A stretch of 64,000 nt of DNA, taken from Camelus dromedarius. Taxonomy: Eukaryota. The notes beneath the pieces were generated by a model, which was not told the origin of the DNA, searched no databases, and saw only the letters and a program-made list of their open reading frames with translations. Each line of letters opens with the position of its first letter. Positions within the stretch are counted from its first letter, which is position 1. The DNA lies in assembly GCF_036321535.1 (NCBI RefSeq), contig NC_087437.1, positions 67,458,001 to 67,522,000 on the forward strand. Direction: 5' to 3'. The position numbers and the translations under genes were made by a program. This document shows, piece after piece, positions 26,760 through 38,930 of the stretch.

Positions 26760-27230
26760 ATAATGTGGCACCTGCCTAGATGTCTGGCACCATCTTCTTC
26801 CACATCTTTCCTTTGCCCTACAGTTCAGCCAGACCAAATTACATACAGTTCCCTGAATGTGTCTGGTTCTAGTTTTCTCCCATTCCCAGCTTTTGCTCTG
26901 GCTCCTTAAATCTCTTCCCCTTTTCATCTTCTTTCCTTTTATCACTCACCCATTGCTAAGCTTTCACTCACCCTGATTCAATTCCTACTTCCTCTATCTT
27001 ATCTCCCTGCTCTGTCCCACCATTTGGACTAATTGCTCTTTCTTTTTTCTCCACGATATCTACCTTCTCTTGTTCCATGTTTAATGCCGGTCTGTAAATT
27101 GCCTGGTAGCTTCTTGGTCTCATCTGCTGCACTCTACACTCTTAAACATAGGGACTGCTTCTTATTCGTCTTGGCATCATCAGGTTTGGAACACTCAATT
27201 ACATTCCATAAATGTTTGTTGAATAAGCAA
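26760..27230 (+). mobile_element. L2 LINE 3' fragment
   Basis: Degenerate L2 text ending 'ccataaatgtttgttgaataa'. Confidence 0.55.
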
Positions 27231-28334
27231 TCAGACAAGCAGTCATCCTTGTGCCCAAAGAGGAGGTTGTGATGGTTCTGGTCTTATGGTGGGAATGAAT
27301 GGATATAGTCAACAGTCCTAGGTTACTTGACCTCAGAGCAGAGGCTTAGTGTATGGGTTTATTTATTTCTCTGAACCAAGCAGTCTCTGTTGTAATTAGA
27401 CTTAATAATAAAGTGATACAAATAGAAATAATAGAGACACCAGCATGCTAATCAGATGATTGAAGTGGAATATATCCTCACATGCCCAAGAGCCAGCCCA
27501 TTCTTTTTATCTTCTGGAATGGAGAGGAGGGTTCTCTTCCCATGTCATCAAGCTTACAACTAAATCATGTGTGATCTCTCAGGCACCTGCCTTGGGACCT
27601 GCCCTAAATGCTGGGGAGCTCACTGCAGTGCATGAGATTCAGGCCACTTTTGGTAATGTTATGTTATATGGTATTTGTTATCCTTCCGTTGGTACTGCTG
27701 ATACTTCAGAGATGAGAATGAACAAAATAAAACAAAATATAAAACTAAGAGGAAAGCAGAGCTGAGCTTGGTTATCCAGAGGCAGCATATACATGTTTGC
27801 TTGACTAGGGCTATAAATCCCATCTAAAGGTGGGTAGCAAAATCTGGGGGGGGAAAGCCCATCCATGTCTATCAAAGAAGAAGCTGGAACCCTTTCTAAA
27901 GCCATAAAACCACAAAATGAGGAGAGAACAATACAATAACTATCCAGCAAGAAGTTTACACAACAGTGCTCCACAGAGCATGAACAAGGCTCAGTATTTC
28001 CACATAAAATCCAAGTCATTTGTCAAACTCAAAATCATCATAGGCTTTAAAATGTCCTTAATAACTTTATATTGTCTATGGACATTAATAAGCAAAAAGA
28101 GTGCCCTACTGACAAACTTTAGAATTTTAATTATGGCCCAAGTGGTTGTTATTTAGTTGTATATCTTCTTTTGTAAATTATAAATTTGAAATTTTCCTAC
28201 TGTGGGCTTAGTGTTTTTCCTAGTGATTTGAATAAATTATTTATTTAATGAAGTTATTACTTCATTACTTACAATTTTCCACTTGAGAAAATTAAATATG
28301 TATCAAAAGAACTAATTTTAAAATTATTTATTTA

Positions 28335-29705
28335 ACTAGCAGTCATTAATTGAGTACCTGTCATGTGCTGGGTGGGCACTATTCTGGCAGTTAGGATATA
28401 TCAGAAAATGAAACACCAAATCTCTGTCCTTGTGAAACTTATATTCCAGTGTATTTTGTGTGTGTGTGTGTGTGTTTCTGCATGTATATGTGTATTGGTG
28501 TGTGTGTTTTCATGTGGGGAAATGGGTAGCAAGTAAACAACAAATATATATATATGATATATACTATATATATACTATATATCATATGATATATGATATG
28601 TGTGCTATAAAAAAAGAAATAGAGCAAGAGTGGAATTGTGCGGATAGGGGTTTAGATTGCATCATTAAATAGGCTAGTTGGGGTAGCTTTTATTTATGAA
28701 TGACATTTGAACAAAGGCCTGAGGAAAACAGGAGAAATAACCAGTTGAGGGTTTGGGGACTAGATACTCTAGGTCAAGAAAGCTACCTGTGCAAGGACCT
28801 ATAGCAGCAGTATCCCTGGGGATCTTGAGGAATACCAGAGAGGCCGGTATGACTAGGACAGAATCAGGGAAGTGAGAATTTTAAGAGATGAGGTCAAAGA
28901 GAAAAGGTCCGTTATGTGAGACCTTGTGGGTCACTGTAAGGACTTTGGTTTTTCCCCTGGGTGGGTGAAATGGAAGGTGGTGGAGTAATGTGACTTAGAT
29001 TTTGGCAAGATCACTGTTAGACTGAGACCAGACTGCAGAGCAACAGGAAAAGAGCAAGGAAACCCATTAGGAGGCTAGTGTTGGTTTCCTAGTGTAGCCG
29101 TAAGAAGTTCCCATAAGTATGGTGGCTTAATACAGCACAAGTATATTCTCTTACAGTTCCAAAGGTCAGAAATCTAAAACGGATCTTACTGGGCTGGTAT
29201 CAAGGAGTCAGCAGGACTGCATCTGGAGGCCCCAGGGGAAAGTCTGTTGCCTTGTGCCTGCACTCCTTGACTGGTGGCCTCCTTCCAGAAATTGTCACTT
29301 TGACCTCTGCTTTTTCATTGTATCTCTGTGCCTCTGGCCCTGTGACTTATTAAGTACCCTTGCTATCACATCGGGCCCCTGGATAGTCCAAGATAATCTT
29401 TCCTTCTCAAGTTCCTTAACTTAATCACATCTGCAAAGTCCCTTTTGCCATATATGTGGTGACAGAGTCAGGCTCTGGGCTGAGGACATGGACATCTTGT
29501 TGGAGAGGGAGGCCTTATTCTCTCCATCACAAGGCTGTTGTAACCCAGGTGGAAATGTTGGTGACTTGGACTAGGATGTTACAGTGGGGATAGTGGGGAA
29601 TGGCTGGGATTTGGATATCATTTTGAAATTAAAGTCAAACAGTATTTCCTAATGGACTGGCTTTGGGGTGTGATGAAAGAGACAGGTGAGTTAAGAATGA
29701 ATCCA
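28335..29705 (-). mobile_element. L2 LINE fragment containing a (TG)/(TA) simple repeat and an MLT1 insertion
   Basis: 'attaattgagtacctgtcatgtgctgg', 'tgacatttgaacaaaggcctga', 'gtcactgtaaggactttggtttt'; continues after 29531. Confidence 0.75.
29077..29531 (-). mobile_element. MaLR solo LTR (MLT1C-like) with 5-bp TSD
   Basis: AGGCT at 29072-29076 and 29532-29536; internal 'ttaacttaatcacatctgcaaagtcccttttgcca'. Confidence 0.85.
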
Positions 29706-31049
29706 AAGCTGGATGATCCTGTGCTCTGTGAGGGCAGGGGCCATATCTGTCTTCTTTACCTCTTTGTGTGCAAGGCCTAGCTGGCACAGTGCCCAGCACA
29801 GAATGAATGCCCAGTAAACACTCCCCTACTTTAAATGTTCCTATTATAAAAAATAAGCATGACTGAGGAAAGCTAAAAGAGGAAAAAAATCAGCAAAACC
29901 CCCACAAAAATCCTTTCCCCAAACCTGCAAAATTACTTTAACATGTTTTATTTTTTATTTGGTCCAAAACTTCATTATCTAAGCAGATTTTTTTTCTTTT
30001 TATCATTTTCTGGCAGCACTAAATATGCCGTTTTGTGTCCTTACACTATATTTTAATTTAACATTTTGCCATGTTTATAGTCTTCATTAATATCAATTTT
30101 GATAACTTTTATACCATTTCTTTCAGCAGATATTTTATAATTTAAATAATCATTACCTTATTGTGGGACATTCAGGTACTTTTAGCATTTTCACTGATAT
30201 AAAGGCATAATTAATATGCTCCGTACATACTTCCCCCATATTGTTTTCTTAGGTTAGACTGAGAAGTGGGAATTACTGACAAAATGTAATGGTATCTCCT
30301 GTGACTCTGGCCCTGTGACTTATTAAGTACCCTTGTTATCATAGCGACCCCCCAGACAGTCCATAATTTATGGAAAAATGTGATGACATTTTTCCATAAA
30401 TTATGAGGCAGAGTGCCAGATTGTTTACAGCACAGTTGTTCTAAGTTCTGTTGTCACATCAGTGCATGAGTATACCAGCATCTATAGATTCTTCCCAGTA
30501 ACAAATATTGTCACTGAAAAATGTTCTCCTTTCTAGTTGAAAAGTGGCATCTCATGTTTTTAAAACTATTGATTTATTTTCCTTTGTCAGCCAGATACAA
30601 TTCCTCATTAGTGAATTATCTTTTCATATACCTATTAAATTCTCTTTTCTTATTAGTGTATCTGAACTCCTCAATTAATACAATGATATTTTCTGTCCAT
30701 GAAAAAATTTTTAGTAAAACTGATTACAAATCAAGATAAAAGTATGCAAATATCTAAAGGGCAACCAAGTTAGAGATGGACACAATAAGAACACAGTAAA
30801 CACAGTAAGAAAGAGGGACCCAGGGCCAGGCTGTGGTCATCAGATTCAGGCGGGTTTGACTCCCCTGGTCAGCAGTCTGCTCCCCTCCTGGAGGTACTCC
30901 CTCTGCTTCTCGATCTGAAACATCTACAGGGATCAGTAAAGAACATCCAAAACAGAAAAAGATTTGAAAAACTACTTTTCTAATAGAATTTCCAATTACA
31001 TAGAAAGAAAGAAAAAAGAAACCTGATTTTTAAATGACTATAAACCACA

Positions 31050-31660
31050 TTTTATTTCATAATTCTTGGAAAGTAGTTCAAATGAGATTGGATAACAAAA
31101 AGCCATAAATAGTAAAAGTTACCCACTAAAAGTAGACTGATCAACTTGATAAGTTGTAAAGGGGACAGAGGGCATCATGGATGCAATGGGACAAGATACT
31201 GCTTCCAATTCCTTTTTTTTCAACTCTTCAATTAATATCTGCGTGAGTGAGCAGCACATTAATATATTTTGAAATGATGCTATATTAGGCAATGTTGTAA
31301 ACATGGGTAATGACTTAGAAACTACTTAACTGGAACTTGAAAAGGTTACAAATATGGACTCAAATCAAAATGAGATTAAACTGGGAGAATGTAAACTAGT
31401 ACATCTGGGAAGAAATTGAATCAGATTCATAGTCCTCCTGAGAAATCTGGTACGTGGTAATGCTAGAAGATACAGAGCAAGTGGATAACTAAATAAAAAT
31501 AAAGTTATCATACAATATTGGGATTTTAAAAAGGCCAATGTGATTTGAACTGCCTAAAGCAAAAATTTTAAAAAAGCAAAGAAGAAAATGAAATGGGGAA
31601 CAATAATCAACTCTATTCTTCAAATTTGGAGGGGGGTCAACTTTAGTCTGTAAAACATAC
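31050..31660 (+). mobile_element. CR1/L3-clade LINE fossil, reverse-transcriptase region
   Basis: Manual translation gives NDAILGNVVN (31273-31302), CKLVHLGRN (31390-31416) and KKANVI (31528-31545), in the order of the CR1 RT motifs DDTKLGG, KCKVLHLGRNN and KKANRILG. Confidence 0.7.
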
Positions 31661-31958
31661 TTGAATAATCCAGCCAACTAGTTAGATAATAGAAAAACTT
31701 ATTTGGGTAGAAGAGGCTTTAGTAAACAAATAGGTTTAGGTATTGACCTAAGCACCCCACAGACATCAATGCCAAGCCTGTCACTTTTCTCTGTGGCATG
31801 TCCTCTTTTGCAATTATGTGTTTAAACTCTGAAATTGGGCCCCTCTCCTCCTTTCCCATGCTCATTGCCATTGCCACTGCCATTGTCCTTGTCCAGGCTA
31901 TCAAGCTTTCTTGACTGGATTATCACCACTTAGTTGCTTTACCAGCTTTTGCTCATGT

Positions 31959-32527
31959 TGAGACAGGAGGGAAGGGGGCAGGGCACAACCCTTAAAGGAA
32001 TCACAGGCAGCAGCTGAGGACAGGACAAACTGGTTAGAACCAAGATGGCGGAAGATTTGACTTCCAGTAGACCTTGAGCCTCATGGCACACCCACAGCAC
32101 CATGACAGTTACTAGGATGACCATAAAAGGTCAAAAAGATGGGTGGGGGCCCAATTATTCTAATTCCTCCCCCAAATTAGAATAATCCTCTTACACGTTA
32201 GCATATGAAATTACCAAGCCCATAAAAACTAACAACCACACCTCGGGCCTCTCTCTCTTGCCTTCTGAGAGGCTTGCACTCTATGGAATGTGTATCTACT
32301 TTTACTTTAAACAGCCCACACCTCTTGGCCTCTCTCCTCACCTACTGAGATGGCCCGCATTCTGCCCATGGAGTATGTATCTCCTATGGAGTCTGCTCTC
32401 CCTTCTGAGATGGACCACACTGTTGTCTATGGACTATGTATCTCTCTAAATAAACTTGCTTTCCCTCTACTATGCCTTGCTCTTGAATTCTCTCCTGGGC
32501 CAGACAAGAACCTGTTCTCCAGCAACA
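31959..32527 (+). mobile_element. ERV1-type solo LTR with 4-bp TSD
   Basis: TG...CA ends flanked by ATGT on both sides; YY1-type 'caagatggcg' at 32041, 'cataaaa' TATA-like boxes, AATAAA near 32449. Confidence 0.85.
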
Positions 32528-33416
32528 ATGTTATTGCTTTAGATTGGAAATCTCTTGCTGCCATCTCATCCTAAAAAAACTTTCCTCATTTTTCAGCCTT
32601 AGTTCAAATGCCATCACCTGGGTAGCCTTTTGTGGCCTGCTCACCCCTCCCCCAACAAAATTAGATTTAATTGCTCCTCATTTGTATCTCTATGGCTTGT
32701 ATTTATCATGTTAGTAAATTTATTACATCCTTTGTTCCCCAATAAATTTGAAGCATCTTTAGGACAAGAAGCAATTTTCATTCATTTTACTTCTTTCCTC
32801 CATTTTCTATAACAACTAGCCAGAAACTTGTATGCAGAGGGAGCTTAGTGTTTATTGAACTGAATGTCAAAAACTGCATCAGTATTTCTAGGAATGAGGT
32901 TCAGCTTCAGCAACAAGTGACTTGAGAATAAGTTGGTCTGTAGGCCAGGTCAAAGGCCCATAGGCCAGAGACGCCCATTTGGAACAGGGGAGAAGAAACT
33001 AATTTTTATGGTGAATGATTGCTATTTTCTAAGTCCCTAAAGTAGCTCTTTTTACATGTATTAACCCACTGTTTCCTCACAACTGCCCTGTGTTGTGGAC
33101 ACTATCAGCCCCATCTTGCAGATAAGACTACAGATAAGAAATTTAACTAGGAAGTGTTGGGTGAGGTTTGAAACTTGATCTTCCTGATTCTAATACTTGT
33201 GGCTAAAATTTTAAGTAATTAATTTATTTTAGTTTTCTATTATACACTATCACCTCTCTGACATCACTACTTTCAAACACAGATATCATTTCAGAGTATG
33301 TAATGTAGCTAGTTCAGTTAATCTGGCCACTGCAATATTTATAAACTCTGAGAAGCTTTCCTATTATGTCTTTATATTTCTCCTAGTGCTGAATTTCCTA
33401 CAGTTTGCTTTATTTT

Positions 33417-33448
33417 GTGTGTGTGTGTGTGTGTATGTGTGTGTGTGT
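33417..33448. repeat. (TG)n microsatellite
   Basis: Directly visible. Confidence 0.9.
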
Positions 33449-34200
33449 TTGGGTGGCAGGTGGCAGTGGGTGGGGGGTAGGGAGATGGGAGAAAAGGCAA
33501 GGGACTGGAAACCCATCAAATAGTAACAAAGTAAAAACTAGCATTTCTTTCACTAGCCATATCTCTCCAAGTTTACCTGCTAGATATAGCTCCCAGTGAA
33601 AGTAAAAGGTTGACCTGAACTGCGGTGACTAGAAATTTAAGAATATGTAAAAAATCTGTATGAATAGGAATTCTCACCATCCTCGTCATCTTAAGGGAAG
33701 TGAGCAATTATAGATAACAAAGAACGTCTATGATACCACATGTGATGTTTTATATTTAAAAAAAAGTTTGAATTAAGAATAACAACAAAAAATTATTACA
33801 AAACTATCCCATCACTCTAAGAAAATTGCAAATTAACAATCCAGGCAAGATTTTTGGCTGCCATGTTTACACTGAGGCCCAATTCTGTTGGGATAAGCCT
33901 CTAGAAAAGCTTTCTATTTTAATGATTTTTAAAGGACTTTTCCTAAGAATCTTATCAAACAATGAGTAGGAAGGATTTTGTCTTTCACAGCTTCACATAT
34001 TAGCACCAGAGAAGGCCAAATTCTCCTTATTTCTATGTTAAATGCTAGGAAAAAGAGAACTAATTTATCAAATTAATATATTATCTATGTATAAATGAGC
34101 ACCTACTGCATGCCAGGCTTTTTCCCGGAAATCAAGGATACAATGTTAACCAAAACAGGTGTAGAGATTTTCCCTCATGAAGCTTACATACAGTCTAGTA

Positions 34201-34470
34201 CAGTGTTTTTAACAGTGTGTATTGGGGCCTAATAGTGGGCTATGAAATTAATTTGATGAATTTTGACCTTTGTTTTAAAAAATGAAACAGAATAGATAAG
34301 AGCATATGAGACAGCAATGCATATAAAAATGGTAACTATTATTTGGCAAGTCTTTTATTTCAGTTTTATGAGTATGCTTATGTATTTGTGTATTGTATTG
34401 CTTTCTGTGAGTTACAAGAAACCATACAAAACCTATTTTTTTTTTCCTGAGGAAATTTACAGTTTGCAAA
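34201..34470. mobile_element. hAT-Charlie remnant (Charlie4-like)
   Basis: 'cagtgtttttaacagtg...aatagtgggctatgaaattaattt' resembles a Charlie4 terminus. Confidence 0.45.
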
Positions 34471-34479
34471 GTTAATCAG

Positions 34480-34720
34480 ATTAGCTAGCATTTATCTCGG
34501 ACTATCAATAAGGTAAACACAGTTCTATGTCTGTTATATGAAAAAACCATGTAATTCTCACCACAACTCTATGCGGTAGGTACTTTTATTATTCCAAGTA
34601 CAAAGTTGAGGCAACTTTTAAAGAGAGGTTTAAGTCCCTAGGTTTCATAGCTCGATGGTGGGAGAAACAGGATCTGAGTTCAGACAATCAGAGTCAAGCC
34701 TCTTAATTACTTCATTACAC
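34480..34720 (-). mobile_element. MIR SINE
   Basis: 'taattctcaccacaactctatgcggtaggtacttttattattcc...gagaggtttaagt...aggatctgagttcagacaatc'. Confidence 0.7.
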
Positions 34721-36467
34721 CCACAGGCTTATGTAGCGAAGCACTTAGATGCAATATTAAGAGGCAAGGCTTGCCTCAAAAGAAGTATATTTTGCATTGA
34801 AGGCTGAACGGATGAGATAACCTGACCTATTCTGGATTCGGATGTGTGTAGGCTGGGGGTGTTGGGTGATGAGGATGGATGTGGATGTGGACTGGGGTGC
34901 AGACTGACAGTGGAGCAAGATAGGAGTGCCCCAGCTTGAACCCAAGCCATGGCACCTCTGGGATACAGAAAAGATAGGGCCTGTATATAAAGCGTATAGG
35001 AGCTCTTGGGGGTCTGGTATGACACTCGTACACAGGCAGGAGTTAATAGAGACACACGAGTCTGGTCCAGTTACAATGCCCTGTCATTAGACAGGAGTAG
35101 TTGTGAGTGGAGCTTCGTATTTTTTGTAGAAGTTGAACCTCCTGCCCTGAGCTCTGACCTAAAAGTTGTTCTAATCATTGTACTGCCAGTTACTAGCTGT
35201 GTGACTTCAGGCAATGTACCTAATCTCTGTGCCCCAGTGTCCTGTTGTGACTGTTGTTGTCATCATCACATCATCGTTGGATCTGTGCCTGAAAGAGAGG
35301 GTCCCCCAAATAAAGATGGTGAAATGACTCTATTAACAATTCTGTGAGGTGTCGGGGGCACGTGTTGTCACACTTGAATGTGCACAAGGATCATCTGGGA
35401 AGCACCAGAAAATGCAGAGTCTTGACCATATTCTCAGAGACTTGCGAGTCAGCTGGTGTAGAGTGGGGCACATGTAATAGACTTAGTCCATTTCAGAGAA
35501 AACCAGTGTGGTCTAATGGAAAATAACAGAGGTTGGGAACAACATTATGGCCACTCAGCATTGCCCCCCACCCAGAGGTCTGAGTCACTGCCATCACAGT
35601 GGCAGGAGTGTTCGCTACTTTGTGGCAGTGTTGTCACAGGGGAGCTGTCAGCAGGGCATCCTCAGGGCTCAGTGAGCACCAGGAGGTTGGGTGAGAATGA
35701 ACAGGAGCACATGTGATATTCCAAGAGATGCCCAGCAATCACTGGGAGAGACAGAGCAGTTTGACAGTCACAGTAGCACCTGGAAATAAAATGTTTGTAA
35801 TTTTCAAGACCCTCTCTGTTGTTTGCTTTGGTTTAATCTGAAGAATAACCTGGCTTGGAAACCATGGGTCATATATACATGTGATTTGTAGGCAAGAGAT
35901 ATTTTATGATTACAGGAGAAAAATCTCAAAAAGGTAAAGAGCAAAGAAAAGAAGAGGGAAATGCAAATTTAAAGGGAAATCTTGTAACACTGCCATCATT
36001 TTAGTTTCTTTACTTACATATTTCACACTGTGTTTGGGGTGATTTTAAGTTCTTAAAGCTTGATCAATAGTTTCCACATCAAACAGGATCGCTTCTGCCT
36101 CTGATTAGAATGGCCACAACTACCTCAGATATCTTCAGATCTCCATGCTGCAGAACATTATGAATAATATCTCAGGTAGATCTTCTGGGGTCTGGAAGGT
36201 TAACGGGGTGAGAGGAGTGGGGAAGACAACAGAGAACATAAAGGGTAAATGCTTTGAAACAAAAATTATGCCAACCAATGGAAATCTAGAAACGTAAAAC
36301 ATTTTTTATCAGCCACTTGCTTCCCCCTTTGTAGTCATAATATATATGAAAACATCCACTTTTTCTCTCTCAAGTGATGGCTTTGATTAGCACAGATCAT
36401 CGGTTGCTGTCATGACCTGAGATAGAGAGGTTGCTGGGTCGCTTTTCCCTCCTGAGTAGCATCATGA

Positions 36468-36675
36468 CAGGCTGTCTCAACTTCAGCACTATTGACATTT
36501 TGGGCCAAATACTTCTTTGTTGTGGGGCTGCGTTGTAGGATGTTTGGCTGGATTCCTAGCCACTACTCATTACGTGTGATCAGCAACTTTCCCCCTGTTG
36601 TGACTACCAAAAATATCTCCAGAATTGCCAAATGGTCTTCTGGGGGCAGAAGTGCTGCCAGTAAAGAACCACGGC
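36468..36675 (+). mobile_element. MER20 hAT-Charlie DNA transposon
   Basis: 'tctcaacttcagcactattgacattttgggcca...gttgtgactaccaaaaatatctccagaattgccaaatg...ctgggggcagaa...gaaccac'. Confidence 0.85.
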
Positions 36676-37474
36676 CTTACAGGGTCACCAGTGATCCAGC
36701 TGTCCCCCTCCTTCCCACTGTGTGGCCCCCTGCACGCCTCCAGTGAAGCTGGCCCCTGCTTCCTTGCAAATATTCCCATGATGCCTCACAGCTGAGCTGT
36801 AGGGAGCTCAGTGCTGTGCTGTTTGGCCTTACTCGTTTATCTTCGGTGACTGGCAAAGTTCCTATGCAGTTAAAAAATAACTCTTGTTTCCATGTGGCTG
36901 AAAATATTGCCTCCAGATCTGCGAATTATTGATTATTCTACCAAAATCCAATGTTCTCTGACGGTTTTCTCATCTCTTATGTATGCATTTAACTGATCTG
37001 GGAGCAGCAATAGGGTTCATGAAATTGGAAGTCTGATAAAGTTGGCCAGGTATAGAAGCTGCTTATTCTGTGGAAATGTCTCTCGTTTACCAGCAGCCAG
37101 TGTTGCTGCTCTCCAGGTCACAGCCCTCTCATTTTTCCTCCAGTGTCCCTGTGTTCTGACCAGCTCTTGGCTTTTAGAAGTCTTGTCTTCATGTTGCTAT
37201 ATCTGAATCAGATATGTGATTTCCTTTCTTCCTCCTACAGATTGTAATGGCTTGTATTAACTGAAGACTCATGATCCTTTATAAGTGTTACTTTGACTTT
37301 TCTGATCTGATTGCTGCTAAATTAGTGAAGCTTCCAGATAAAACAATAATTGATTTACATGTGGGTTTTATCTATAGCCTGTTTATAAATGAAACCTGTA
37401 GCTCACCTAGATAGGAATACACCTGGCCTAAGGCAGGTCTTAGGAGGAGATTAGCTACTCATGAGGTTTGCCTG

Positions 37475-37940
37475 TGACAAAGATTCTCCCCCCACAACCA
37501 AATTCTAAAGAGAATTCTTTGAGCCCTTTTTCAATGAGGCCACATCCTTAAGCCTTGTCCTTAAGAGCCCAGTTGTAACAAGAATCCTGCTAAGCAATTT
37601 AGGGAGAATCCCTCACCCTCAAGATCCCAGCAGATTTCCTCCCTCCCTCCCTCTCCACCCTCCAGGTGATATCTGATCATTCTGACCTGCCTTCAGCAAG
37701 ACTCCTGCTAGTTTAGCAAGAATTCCTCTACCCCCGATGTTTCCTCTTAGTAATTTTCCATCCACTGGCCCTTCTTTCCTGCCTCCAACCTGCTCCTTGG
37801 CTATAAATCCCCCACTTGTGCTTGTTGTATTCGGAATTGAGCCCAGTTCTACACTGAGGTCTCTTTTCTCCAATGCAATCGTTTCTGAATAAAATCTGTT
37901 ATGACTGCTTTAACCACCTTCCAACGCTGGGTTTCTCCAG
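37475..37940 (+). mobile_element. ERV1 solo LTR (MER31-like)
   Basis: Starts 'tgacaaagattctcc...accaaatt'; 'caagaatcctgctaag'; TATAAA at 37803 and AATAAA at ~37888. Confidence 0.75.
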
Positions 37941-38569
37941 TATCTGTTCAAGCACAAAAACTTGCTGCAATTGCCAGCGAGGGTCCTATATTTGTCTCTA
38001 ACAATGCCTCCAAGAGTTCTTTCACTCAAGCCTTTATCAAGAATAAAAAAGGGTTGATGGAGAAGAGTGAGTCACCACCGTCTGAGCTAAAACTGTGACA
38101 ATATGTCATGCTCAGTGATGTTCATGGATGAAAGAGGGAAGGGAAGTTCCCCAAAAGACTCTATATGAGTTAGAGACCCAGTAGCTTTAAGGGAAGAAAC
38201 TGAGGTGAGGGGAGAAAGTCAAGGCTGGCCAACTCTGTGTGAAGCTAAGGAGCTTTCACAGATGGGGAGAGGAAGGGATGTTTTGAGCAGCAGTGAGGGT
38301 TGCTCTGATTATTCTCACTCTGATTATTATCTCCCCTGAGACCTGTGGCAGGTGATATTAAAATTTTTAAACATTATTCTAATCTCTGCGAGATGCTAAG
38401 ATATCAAGGTAGAACTGCTTTGTGCCTAATAAATAAATTAGAATGAAAAAAAGTTGAAGCAGGGTCTGACACATACATCTGGAGGGAAGTTCTTGAAGGA
38501 AAGCATACAAAAATAGGTACATGGTCCAGAAAGAGAGTGCAAATGAGGGGACATAAACTCAGGCATCAT

Positions 38570-38930
38570 CGGCTTCGTGATAAATAAGATTCAGGTTGAA
38601 GGGCATTTGCTTTTCCCTCCTCCCTCAAGTTGTCTGTTGAAGGATCTGAGATCGATATACCGCGGAGGGTGGAGAGTCTCACGAGCGAGGGATCAGCGCA
38701 GGAGCTGCGATGGCTCCTGCCGAGTCGGGGCCAGAGTGGCCGGGGCATGCGCACTGCCTCCTCCGGCAGTCTGGGACCCTCCGGGCTAGCACTGCGAGCA
38801 GTAGAGCAGAAGGCTCCCACGGGCTTTCCAGGAAGGCTGTATTTATCGGTAAGGTACTGGTAATCGGCTGGGAATTTCCAGAGTTAAGAGGAATAAAATG
38901 GGACTTAACCAACCAATAATTCAGTCGGCG
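38570..38930 (+). promoter_or_regulatory. Small CpG-rich promoter-like region with candidate first exon (donor GT at 38849)
   Basis: About 20 CpGs in ~360 bp by hand count; GCATGCGCA (NRF1 core) at 38745-38753; CG|GTAAGG donor; GGGAATTTCC at 38870-38879. Confidence 0.6.

Noticed and set aside
27779..27795. U6 snRNA-like 'ggcagcatatac'
   Set aside because: The similarity is only about 12 nt and does not extend in either direction.
37220..37290. Exon after the acceptor-like 'ttcctttcttcctcctacag'
   Set aside because: No convincing downstream donor or linked promoter.
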